Source of the DNA: a virus
Lineage: Duplodnaviria; Caudoviricetes
Strand: one strand, 5' to 3'
DNA: 35,619 nucleotides
IMG/VR virus record: IMGVR_UViG_3300025018_000329
Coordinates: 1-35,619 of that record
The number at the start of each line of letters is the position of its first letter. Positions within the stretch are counted from its first letter, which is position 1. Below, in pieces: positions 9,005 to 18,318 of this stretch. Both the position numbers and the translations under genes were made by a program. The notes under the pieces are model-generated. The model saw only the letters and a list, made by a program, of their open reading frames with translations. It had not been told where the DNA came from and did no database searches.

Positions 9005-9706
9005 ATGCTTCGCACATGGACGTTGCTACAACTTCGGACGCGCGCACGGCGATGGGCGGACATCGAAAACGACACGCACATCACCGACGCCGAGGTGGAC
9101 ACCTATGTGCTCGATGCTATCTCAAGCATTTGGCCGAAGGTGCTCAAGCTAAACCCCGACACGTATCGTCGCGAGGAGACGCTTACGGGTGCAGGGTCGG
9201 CAACGTTTTCGCTCGCATCGGACTATCACTCGACCCTCGGGGTCGATCGCGTCAACTCAAGCGGCGCCATTTTGTGGCGTCTCGAGAGAATACAAACCCA
9301 AGATCGTCACCGCTTCTCAAGCGCGGGCAGTGGTGACGCTCGCGGCTTCGAGCCGCTATACAATAGCAGCGCCCCGGCGACTTCACAGCTTAGGCTCAAG
9401 CCGACGCCGTCGACGGGCGCCACATACCGGCACACCTATCTAGTATCTGCCCCGGTGCTGTCGGCCGACGACAGCACCATCGTTTTGCCGGGCATCGCGG
9501 GCAAGATTGCCACGATGGATGCGGCGGTGCAGTGTATGGTCAAACAGCAAACCGACGCCCGCACGCTCATCCAACTCCTGGGCGCCGCGACGAACGAACT
9601 AAACGAGCTCGCCGAAGCCGCGATGGCGGGCGAGCCCGGGGGCATCGTCGACATTTACGGGGGCGACTGTGGGGACGCCTCTGACTTCGGGGTGACGCAA
9701 GCATGA
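9005..9706 (+). CDS. Head-tail adaptor / tail tubular protein A-like
   Basis: N-terminus TLLQLRTRARRWADIEND..ITDAEVDTYV is typical of podoviral adaptors; size and position fit. Confidence 0.7.
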   Translation: MLRTWTLLQLRTRARRWADIENDTHITDAEVDTYVLDAISSIWPKVLKLNPDTYRREETLTGAGSATFSLASDYHSTLGVDRVNSSGAILWRLERIQTQDRHRFSSAGSGDARGFEPLYNSSAPATSQLRLKPTPSTGATYRHTYLVSAPVLSADDSTIVLPGIAGKIATMDAAVQCMVKQQTDARTLIQLLGAATNELNELAEAAMAGEPGGIVDIYGGDCGDASDFGVTQA

Positions 9707-10461
9707 CGGCAAACGCGATAGTCTCGACGGCCGAGACCTCGCAGCTTCGCGACGACCTTGTCGGGATTCGCCGGATTCCGTTTATGTCGGGTTCCGAGAT
9801 GACCGTGGACGTGCAGGGGCGGGCGGTGCTCAAGCTCGCCCACGGGCTCAAGCGGCCCGTGCGCGGGGTCCTGGGCCTCGAAGAGCCCGTCGGCATTGTG
9901 CAGGGGCAATACGACAAGAGCACCCATGTTTGGGTGGGTAGCGCGGCGCCATGGATCTGCATCGCCGACATTACGACGACGCAAGATGTCACGACGGTCA
10001 CCATCCCGGATCGCGACGGGGACACGGAGCGGGAATATGCGTTTGATATACTTTGGGCGACCGAAACCGGGACCACCGTTGCGCTGGATTTGCGGCCCAA
10101 CGGTGTGACGTCGAACGTGCAAACGGCGCAGCTCTTGATCGACGACGCGGTCGCGACCGCGCAAGAAAACGCATCGTTCCGAATTTCAAACGTCGCCGGA
10201 GCCGCCGGCAACTGGTCACGCATTCGCGGGACGTTCAGCGCCAAAACGGGGACGCCGAGATATATCCAGTGGGTGCACTCCCATCACGATGGTACGGACA
10301 CGCGGCACGCAGCGGGCACGACACGGTGGAGTGACACGACAACAAGGGTCACGTCGCTGGCGTTCACGTCGAGCTCGGCGAGCGACATAAAAGACGGATC
10401 AACGTTTCGTGTGTGGCGCCGGGGACTCGGCCGCAAAACCCTAACCCTGTGGGTGTACTGA
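9703..10461 (+). CDS. Putative tail structural protein
   Basis: Coupled ORF; HGLKRPVRG and terminal TLTLWVY flank a Thr-rich beta region. Confidence 0.55.
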   Translation: MTANAIVSTAETSQLRDDLVGIRRIPFMSGSEMTVDVQGRAVLKLAHGLKRPVRGVLGLEEPVGIVQGQYDKSTHVWVGSAAPWICIADITTTQDVTTVTIPDRDGDTEREYAFDILWATETGTTVALDLRPNGVTSNVQTAQLLIDDAVATAQENASFRISNVAGAAGNWSRIRGTFSAKTGTPRYIQWVHSHHDGTDTRHAAGTTRWSDTTTRVTSLAFTSSSASDIKDGSTFRVWRRGLGRKTLTLWVY

Positions 10462-11579
10462 TGTCACTAGGCACAAGCATGGGGCTTACGCTCCCAACAC
10501 AAGGCACAACGGTTGTATGGGGCACGGCGCTTAACGTCATATTGCAGGCGATCATCGATCGTCTCGAGGCGAAAAACACACCTGCCGGCATGACGATCTC
10601 GGCCGATCTAAGCTTCGATTCAAACGATGCGACAAACGTCGGCGCCGTGCGGCTCTACGCTCAGTCGGCGACAAAATTGGCATCGGGTGATGAGCAAACC
10701 TTGTATGCATACAACGGCGAGCTTTACTTCACCGACAATGGTTTGACGACGGTGCAAATCACGAGCGCCGGAGTGCTCAACGCGGGCGCCGTCGGCGGCA
10801 TCGTGGGGTCCGGGTATGGCACAAATAGTGTTGAGGTGCGATGGGATTCCGGCGGCGACGCCGGCGGAGAATATGAATTCAAACTGGGCTCCGCATCCAC
10901 CGATTTCGCGGCGTGCCGCGCGCTCGCCTATCGCATAAGCTCGGGCATCTATTATCTAGGTCACAAGGTTGACGCCCTTGGCGCGACATACAACATCACG
11001 TGGCCCGCCGCCGCTGCCGCCGGGCTCGTCTATTCAGACTCGAGCGGCAATATTGACTTTGTCACAACGGTGACGCCGGCGCTTACGCTCACCAACTCGC
11101 CGATCGTGCCCGCGGTGCGCTTCTCCGCAAATCAAGTCAAGACAATCAGCATGGCGACGGCGGCGTTGCACCAAAGCCGCGTGCACACGCAATTGGTTAC
11201 CACATACGGTGAGTTTGACGCCACGGGATCGATCAAGTTCACCGCGCCATCGTCGACGGATTATGAGTATGCGCTCATCCCCATCAACCTACTCGTGGGG
11301 GAACGCATCAAGGGATATTCGCTTTATGCGTGGGGCTCCGGGACGACGGGCATTTCGTCGCGGATCTATCGTTTGACCTCGGGCCTACTCAAGGAGGAAA
11401 TCGGTACCGTCAAGTCAACGGCGTTCCTCTCGACGGCACAAACGTTGACGGACACATTCGCGGTGCCGGTCACTGTGGCGCTCGGCACCTCCTATCACGT
11501 GATCGTGTATGTGTCGGCGATGGGCTCCGGAAGCTGCTACGCGATAAGTTTGGCCGTTTCCTACGACAGGACGACATAG
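10461..11579 (+). CDS. Putative tail fibre/spike protein
   Basis: TGATG overlap start; N-terminal GLTLPTQG..WGTALN attachment-like segment; Gly/Ser/Thr-rich; lower GC. Confidence 0.55.
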   Translation: MSLGTSMGLTLPTQGTTVVWGTALNVILQAIIDRLEAKNTPAGMTISADLSFDSNDATNVGAVRLYAQSATKLASGDEQTLYAYNGELYFTDNGLTTVQITSAGVLNAGAVGGIVGSGYGTNSVEVRWDSGGDAGGEYEFKLGSASTDFAACRALAYRISSGIYYLGHKVDALGATYNITWPAAAAAGLVYSDSSGNIDFVTTVTPALTLTNSPIVPAVRFSANQVKTISMATAALHQSRVHTQLVTTYGEFDATGSIKFTAPSSTDYEYALIPINLLVGERIKGYSLYAWGSGTTGISSRIYRLTSGLLKEEIGTVKSTAFLSTAQTLTDTFAVPVTVALGTSYHVIVYVSAMGSGSCYAISLAVSYDRTT

Positions 11580-11582
11580 GAA

Positions 11583-14500
11583 ATGCGATTCGATCCCAAG
11601 TCGGTGGCGATACACGGCGGGATAGATTCCGCAAGTGATCCGCGCCGCGTGGGTGAGCCTTATGTGGTGGACCTTGTCGACGGGGTATTCACGGCAGCGC
11701 CGGGCGTGCGTCGCCGCTTCGGCCACGACCCCGTGCCCACGTTTGACTCCAGCGGGGACGCGATCACGGTCGGTGCGGGGCTTATGACGCGCAATGATGA
11801 GCTTTGTATGCTCGACGACGATCGACTGTACACATACGACGACAAGCGCAATCGATGGATCGACCGCGCGCGGTGCGCATCGGTGCGCATCGGTGAGGAA
11901 AAGATCGCCCATGAGGTCGCCAATCAAACGGAGCCCGTCGTGTGCACCCACAACGATACGACTGTGGTGGCGTGGCTCGACAGTCGCGACTCGATCATTC
12001 ACTACTCGGTGATCAATGCAAGCACGGGGGCGGTGTACACCCAGGACACCGCCATCACGGGCGCAGACCATCCCCGGTTGTGCGTCGCTGGCAACATGAT
12101 CCACTTGTACTATTACAAGGCGTCGGGGACGTCCCTGAACGTCAAGCCGATATTCTCGGGCGACCCACTCGTGACGGGATCACCGGACGTGCAACTTGCC
12201 ACCGATGTCGGCGCCGCAACGGCGTGGAATGTGACGACAGGCTACGATGGGCGCGTTGGGCTTGTCGTTTATCGCACGAGCGGATTCTACTTAAAAGCGT
12301 TCTATGTCACTGCGAAAGGGCAGGTCGCCCCGGCGGCGGGGGCGACGGAGGATACCTATCCGGGGCTCACGACCCTAGCGGATCTCAACTCGGCGGGCAC
12401 GTCGGGTTATATGGCGCAGTCGCTACACGTCGCCACGACGGCGACGCATATGTGGGCGGTGTTCAATCACTCGTCAATCACGCCGCTGATCGTCGCCGCG
12501 ATCCATATTACCCGGGCCACGGCGAATCAACTGAGCGACATCGTCGACTGGTACGGGAATGAAGCGGCAACCTATGGGCTTTCCATTGTGCCCGATCCCG
12601 ACAACGTTGATGTTGCTTACGTGGCCGGCGCAACGGCGAGCGACACCGTGCTCTATGACGTGGACGCCGGCGCACAAAGCATTACGTCAACACAAACCCT
12701 CATGGATGCTACTGTGCAGAGTGCCGGGATCTGGTACGAGGGCAACGCCTATTTTGTCATTGCCCACAACTCGGTGCTCCAATCAACAAACTTTCTCGTA
12801 GATCAAGACGCCGTTATCATCGGCGCGTTTGGGCGCTCAGTGGCAAGCCCGGCGACGACGGTCGGCGGCTCGGTATATTTACAGCCCGGGCGCATCACGC
12901 CCGTAAACGGGTCGGCGACGAAATTCCGTTGGGTGGAAGTCTACCGCGAGCGATTCAAGACCGGCGCGTCGGCCGCCGACGACTACCGCGACGATTTCTA
13001 CGATCAAAAGAGCCTAAAGCTCGTGACGCTCGATTTCGGCGCGGGCGGCAGATACCGGTCAATCACGGTGGGCGGCGCCGCTTACCTCGCCGGCGGCGGG
13101 CAGCTTTGGCATTACGACGGATTCAACTGTGTGGAGTCGGGATTTCATCTCTATCCCGAGGCCAGCGAGATCACCGACTACGACGACACGGGCGGCTCGA
13201 TGACGGCCGGCACATACAATTACCGTGTTTACTATGAATGGCACAACGCGCGCGGCGAGCGATTTAGGTCAGCGTCGCAAACATACACGGCGGTGGTGGC
13301 GGGCGCGAATACCGAAATGAACCTTACGATCCCGACGCTTACGTTCACCAATAAAACGGACGTTTCGATCGTTATCTATCGCACCGAGGCCGACGCCGAC
13401 ATCGTCGGAGGTGCGGTGTTCTATCGCGTGTCGGATGCCGACCCGTCAACGGCCGGCGCGGCGAACGGATATTGCGCCAACACTAAGAGTGCCGCGACGA
13501 TCACGTTTGTGGATCAAATGCCAGACTCGGCGCTTGTGAGTCGCGAATATGACTACATGTCGACGGGCGCGTTTGCCAATATCGCGCCACCGCCGGCATC
13601 CATCGTCGCCGAGGGCAACGGACGGGTGTGGCTCGCGGGTTTTGAGGACGGGAATCAAATCTGGCCGTCTAAGCTTCGCGGCAATGGCGAGCCGGTCGAA
13701 TTTAGTGACGAGCTCGCGTTTATGGTGCCCGACGAGGGCGGCCCCATTACCGCGCTTATGCCGCATCGCAATTTGCTGCTCGTGTTTAAGCGCGACGTGA
13801 TTCTCGCCATCCCCGGGCAGGGGCCCGACGACACGGGCGGCGGTGGTTTTTTCGGCGAGCCGCAGGTCATCTCGCGCGACGTGGGCACAATCAATCAACT
13901 TGGCGTCGTGCAAACACCAGTCGGGGTATTTTTCCAAAGCGACAAGGGGCTCCGGCTTCTCGATGCCGGATTAACTCTCGCGCGCGATCGCGAGGGCTTG
14001 CCCATCGGCGAAAAGGCCCAGCGATGGAAGGCCGCCGACATCAGGGGCGCCGTGGTTGTCGCCGATCAAAACCAGGTGCGCTTCACGACGACGGGTAGCA
14101 GACAACTCGTGTTCGACTATGCCCAAAACGCGTGGTCGACGTTCTCAAACACCCATGGAATCGCGGCGATCATGTGGGATCAACGGTTTGTGTTTCTCCG
14201 TGCCGACGGCCAGGCGTGGATCGAAAACCCCGACAGCTACAACGATGGCGGTTATTCGTACCCTCTGCGCATCTTGGGCGCGTGGCACAAGCCCGACGGC
14301 GCGGGCGCGCAGCGTCTCTGCCGCTTCAAGGCGCTGCACATTCTCGGCGATTATCACAGTGCCCATAAGCTCGTGTGCCGCTTCCGCTACTCGTATCACG
14401 AGGAATATGACGAGCTCACGTTTGACCCCGCGGGCATCGTCGCCACGGACAAGTACGGATATACGGGCGCCTATGGGGCCTTGCCCGTAGTGTACGGGGG

Positions 14501-14684
14501 CGCCGGATCGTCATCGTATCAGGTGACGTTCCACCCACCGCAACAGCGCGCCAAGGCGTTGCAGTGGGAACTCTATGACATACCCACGACGGAGGCCGAT
14601 CGTGGGTATGAGGTGATCGACTTGACGATCGAGGCCGGCATGGATCAGCACGCAAAGAAACTGCCGGCATCGCAAAAAGCATAA
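11583..14684 (+). CDS. Tail nozzle / tubular protein B (P22 gp10 or T7 gp12-like)
   Basis: 1033 aa; starts GGIDSASDP; propeller-like segments (GPITAL..LLVFKRD, GVFFQSDKGL, LVFDY...WSTF); lies before the ejection genes. Confidence 0.75.
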   Translation: MRFDPKSVAIHGGIDSASDPRRVGEPYVVDLVDGVFTAAPGVRRRFGHDPVPTFDSSGDAITVGAGLMTRNDELCMLDDDRLYTYDDKRNRWIDRARCASVRIGEEKIAHEVANQTEPVVCTHNDTTVVAWLDSRDSIIHYSVINASTGAVYTQDTAITGADHPRLCVAGNMIHLYYYKASGTSLNVKPIFSGDPLVTGSPDVQLATDVGAATAWNVTTGYDGRVGLVVYRTSGFYLKAFYVTAKGQVAPAAGATEDTYPGLTTLADLNSAGTSGYMAQSLHVATTATHMWAVFNHSSITPLIVAAIHITRATANQLSDIVDWYGNEAATYGLSIVPDPDNVDVAYVAGATASDTVLYDVDAGAQSITSTQTLMDATVQSAGIWYEGNAYFVIAHNSVLQSTNFLVDQDAVIIGAFGRSVASPATTVGGSVYLQPGRITPVNGSATKFRWVEVYRERFKTGASAADDYRDDFYDQKSLKLVTLDFGAGGRYRSITVGGAAYLAGGGQLWHYDGFNCVESGFHLYPEASEITDYDDTGGSMTAGTYNYRVYYEWHNARGERFRSASQTYTAVVAGANTEMNLTIPTLTFTNKTDVSIVIYRTEADADIVGGAVFYRVSDADPSTAGAANGYCANTKSAATITFVDQMPDSALVSREYDYMSTGAFANIAPPPASIVAEGNGRVWLAGFEDGNQIWPSKLRGNGEPVEFSDELAFMVPDEGGPITALMPHRNLLLVFKRDVILAIPGQGPDDTGGGGFFGEPQVISRDVGTINQLGVVQTPVGVFFQSDKGLRLLDAGLTLARDREGLPIGEKAQRWKAADIRGAVVVADQNQVRFTTTGSRQLVFDYAQNAWSTFSNTHGIAAIMWDQRFVFLRADGQAWIENPDSYNDGGYSYPLRILGAWHKPDGAGAQRLCRFKALHILGDYHSAHKLVCRFRYSYHEEYDELTFDPAGIVATDKYGYTGAYGALPVVYGGAGSSSYQVTFHPPQQRAKALQWELYDIPTTEADRGYEVIDLTIEAGMDQHAKKLPASQKA

Positions 14685-14693
14685 GGGGCAATC

Positions 14694-15398
14694 ATGGGTG
14701 GATCAGAAGCATTTTCCGGAGCGGCGGCGGGGGCGACGGCAGGATCGGCGCTCGGGCCGTGGGGCGCTGCCGCGGGCGGGCTCATCGGTGGCGCGCTGGG
14801 GCTTTTTGGCGGCGGCGGCGAGTCCGACGAGGAACGTCGGATGCGGCTCATGCGCGAGGCCGAGAAGTATACGCAACTTGATCAGTTCGGGATGCTCAAC
14901 GCGCCAGAGTCGCGGGCAACGGGCCGGGGTGCCCTCACTGGGCAACAGGCGCTCATCGCCGACATGATGGCGCGCGCCCAGGGCAACGGGCCGAGTATCG
15001 CCGCCGACGCCGCGATGCGGGCCGGGCAGCGCTCGATGGCGCAGCAAGCGGCGCTCGCCGCATCGGCACGGCCGGGGCAAGGCGCGATGGCGCAACGTAT
15101 CGCCGCCCAGCAAATGGCCAATCAGGGCGGCTCGATTGTCGGCCAGTCGGCGCAAGCGGTGATGCAGGAGCGGCAAGCCGCCCAACAAATGGCGATGCAA
15201 GCCCAGCAACAAATGTATCAAAACGCCCTCGGGTCACAGCAACAGAACTACGCAAGCGACCTCGGCAACATGCAACGCCGCAACGAATTTTACGGGGGCC
15301 TCGACGGCAAACCCGTCGCACAAAGCGGGTGGGAGCAAATGCTCGGCGGTGTGCAAGCCCTCGGCCCCATGATCGGGCAACTCAAGGGAGGCAAATAA
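14694..15398 (+). CDS. Ejection / DNA transfer (pilot) protein
   Basis: N-terminal glycine zipper GAAAGATAGSALGPWGAAAGGLIGGALG; Gln/Ala-rich helix. Confidence 0.7.
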   Translation: MGGSEAFSGAAAGATAGSALGPWGAAAGGLIGGALGLFGGGGESDEERRMRLMREAEKYTQLDQFGMLNAPESRATGRGALTGQQALIADMMARAQGNGPSIAADAAMRAGQRSMAQQAALAASARPGQGAMAQRIAAQQMANQGGSIVGQSAQAVMQERQAAQQMAMQAQQQMYQNALGSQQQNYASDLGNMQRRNEFYGGLDGKPVAQSGWEQMLGGVQALGPMIGQLKGGK

Positions 15399-15399
15399 G

Positions 15400-18315
15400 G
15401 TGCTGGCCCAGGGCCCCTACGGGATGCAATTCGACCCGGTCACGGGTCAGCCGGTATTCCCGGACGCGGCCCCCGCCGACCCGTTCGCCCTCGACGGGCA
15501 AGGCCCCGCCATGCCGGCGATGCCCCCGGGGATGGCGGAGTATCTGGGCCAAACGCAAGCGGCCCCGCCGATGTCGGCGACCCCGTATGTGCCCCCGACG
15601 CCCGCCCCCGTGGCGCCCGTCGCCCCCGGGGCCGTGGCGGCCCCACCCGTGCCCGCCACGGCCCCGGAGCCGGCACCCGCCCCCGTGGCGGCCAAGAAAG
15701 CGCCGGCCCAGGTGGCCGACGACGAGGTCCCGGCGGAGCTTGTGGATTCCCAGGGCGCCGTGATCCCATGGGGCGCCGAGGCTCAGGCCGAGATGATGGC
15801 GGACGTCAATAAGCGCGTCGAGATCGAGCTCAAGCGCGACGGCAACGTGTACACCGACGCCGATGGCATAAGCTTCAGCGTCGACATTCCCGAGGGGTCC
15901 ACCCATGCCGAGGCGGCGCAAATCCTCGAGGACGCCGCCATCGAGTCGGGCCTGCCCATCGCCGACAAGATCACGGTCGACGGCAAGGTCGTCGCCGACA
16001 ACACCGCTGCCGAGGGCCGGGTGTTCCCGGACAAGGGCGCCGTGGTGCCCGCTGACTATGCCGAGCAAATCGCCCAGCAAATCAGCGCCGCCGCACCGAA
16101 AGAGCAACTTGGCGCGCAAGATCGGGCGACTTTCAAAGAGTCAGTCAAAGCGCAACTGGCGGGCGACTCGGAGACGGAGCCGCTTCTCACGAATGCCGAG
16201 GTGTTCGCGCTCGAGCACCCGGGGCAATTCCCCGAGGCCGAGCAATCGGCGATGGACAAATACAACGCACCGCACCCCGATTTCACCGATCCCGACGGCA
16301 CGTTTTCGATGACCCGCGGCGAGGTCGCGCTTGCCGATTCGATGCGATCCGATCCCAGAGCCCGCGAGGCCCGGGGCAAGAAACTCGCCATCGCCAAGGC
16401 GCGACGGGACGATGTCACGGCCCGCGATGTTATCGCCGCACAAAAGGCGGCGGCCGAGCTCGCAAGGGCACACGAGGTCGACACGGTGCGCACGGCCAAG
16501 GCCGTGGCGAAGGTTGAGGCGGAGTTTGCCCCGCGCTTGCGCGAGCAATCCGAGCGCATTCGCAAGCAAACCGTCGATCCCCGCAATCTATTCGCAAGTC
16601 AGTCGACGCTCGCGAATATCATCACGGGGCTTTCGATCTTTATCGGCGGCATGAAGCAAAAGGAAAACGGCGGCCGCAACTATGCGCTAGAAACCGTTTT
16701 CAAGCTCATCGACAACGATATGGCCGCGCAGAAATCCAACATGGCGAACGCGATCGATTCTTACGGGATCATGGAGCGCGAGAAATCGGAGGCCTTGGCG
16801 TCTCCGACCCGCATCGAGGCGGCAAACGCAGCGGTAGGCGTGGCGAAGCTCAACGCGATCGAGGCCGAGGTGAAAGCCCGCTTCGCCCAGATCGAAAACC
16901 CCGACGTCAAGCAACGCGTGCAAGATGTGCTCGACGCGTTCTCGATTCAACGCGAGACCATGATCGCGGCGGCGCAAGATCAAGCCAAAAAGGACATGCT
17001 CCAAGCAAACGACGAGCGTCGCAAAGAGCGCGAGTCGCAAGCCGATGTGACCAAAAAGAACGTAAGCGCCGCGGCCGAGGCCAAAAAAGCGGGGCTCACG
17101 GTCAACGCTGACGGGTCAATCACGCCGCGCGTCTCGAGCCGTGGCCGTGGCGGCGGTGGCCTGCCCAAAAACCCCGACAATGTGACGGTGAAAGAGATAA
17201 CCAAACAAATGGGCGTTCGTGAGAATCAGTATGATCAGATCATCCTACTAGATCCCAACGCTAGCGGGAAGGATCTCACGTACAACGGCGGCAAGGCCGT
17301 GGTGGCCAAGAGCACCGCTGTTTCACAGACGGTTGGTCTCCGAGTCAACATGTTTCACTTGCTCAATGAGCAAATGAGCAACTTGCAAGCGATCGCCCAG
17401 GACGGCAATTGGACGGACACGATCAAGGTGGCCAACTTGACGACGGAGGATCGCGCGGCATGGGATCAAGCCCAGGGATGGGTCGTGCAGGCTCTGAAAT
17501 ATATGCTCGACCTCGGCGCGATGACCCCGAGCGAATACGACGCGGCGGCGAAGCTCGCGGGCGGCAAGGCCACCATCCAATGGGGCACTATTCGCAAGCA
17601 ACTTGTCAAAGCGGGTCGGGCTGCCGAGGGGCTTGTCAATCGCGACGTCGCTCAGGCATCCCCCGGCCAGAAATTTGACCCGCTTAAATTCATCGAGGTG
17701 CGCACGGGCGAGGCGGCGGGCAGTTTCGCCAAACTCAAAAACACCGACGCCGCCAAGGAGCGGTATCAGTCGACCTACAACCGTGCCAAGGCGGGCGCCA
17801 ACCTCGATACAAAGGCCGATGCGCTTATGGAGTTGCACGGCTTGCTCGGCCAGTATTCGCCGAGTGATGCCGGCCGCGGCCCGGACGTCGGCCCCGTGGG
17901 ATCTGTTAGCGTTCGCGCCCTCGACGGGCAGATCAAGAAATACACCTCGCCCGACAAGCTATTCAACAGCGTTGACGCCCAGGTCGACGAATATGACGGT
18001 TTGCTTGCGAACGCGCGCGAGGGCAAGGCGGCCGTGAACCTCAAACCCGGTAAAAAGGGCGGCGTGACGGCGCGCGACAAGCTATTTGACGCCGCATGGT
18101 TTCAGCGATTGTTGCGGAATGACAACGCCGAGACGAAATGGGGACGGGCCGCCCGCGCCTATGCCGACAAGCATGGGTTCAATTACGACAAGTTTGCGGC
18201 CGTGCGCGATTACCCAGCATCGCCAAAAGACACCGAGGAGATGGCCGCCGTCAAAGCAGCGGCGGACGCGGCGCAAGAAAAGGCTTCAAGACTCATGTCC
18301 GTACGGGAACGGTAA
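15400..18315 (+). CDS. Large internal virion / ejection protein
   Basis: 971 aa; GGAGG RBS; Pro/Ala-rich N-terminus, coiled coils, one hydrophobic segment; position. Confidence 0.6.
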   Translation: MLAQGPYGMQFDPVTGQPVFPDAAPADPFALDGQGPAMPAMPPGMAEYLGQTQAAPPMSATPYVPPTPAPVAPVAPGAVAAPPVPATAPEPAPAPVAAKKAPAQVADDEVPAELVDSQGAVIPWGAEAQAEMMADVNKRVEIELKRDGNVYTDADGISFSVDIPEGSTHAEAAQILEDAAIESGLPIADKITVDGKVVADNTAAEGRVFPDKGAVVPADYAEQIAQQISAAAPKEQLGAQDRATFKESVKAQLAGDSETEPLLTNAEVFALEHPGQFPEAEQSAMDKYNAPHPDFTDPDGTFSMTRGEVALADSMRSDPRAREARGKKLAIAKARRDDVTARDVIAAQKAAAELARAHEVDTVRTAKAVAKVEAEFAPRLREQSERIRKQTVDPRNLFASQSTLANIITGLSIFIGGMKQKENGGRNYALETVFKLIDNDMAAQKSNMANAIDSYGIMEREKSEALASPTRIEAANAAVGVAKLNAIEAEVKARFAQIENPDVKQRVQDVLDAFSIQRETMIAAAQDQAKKDMLQANDERRKERESQADVTKKNVSAAAEAKKAGLTVNADGSITPRVSSRGRGGGGLPKNPDNVTVKEITKQMGVRENQYDQIILLDPNASGKDLTYNGGKAVVAKSTAVSQTVGLRVNMFHLLNEQMSNLQAIAQDGNWTDTIKVANLTTEDRAAWDQAQGWVVQALKYMLDLGAMTPSEYDAAAKLAGGKATIQWGTIRKQLVKAGRAAEGLVNRDVAQASPGQKFDPLKFIEVRTGEAAGSFAKLKNTDAAKERYQSTYNRAKAGANLDTKADALMELHGLLGQYSPSDAGRGPDVGPVGSVSVRALDGQIKKYTSPDKLFNSVDAQVDEYDGLLANAREGKAAVNLKPGKKGGVTARDKLFDAAWFQRLLRNDNAETKWGRAARAYADKHGFNYDKFAAVRDYPASPKDTEEMAAVKAAADAAQEKASRLMSVRER

Positions 18316-18318
18316 ACA

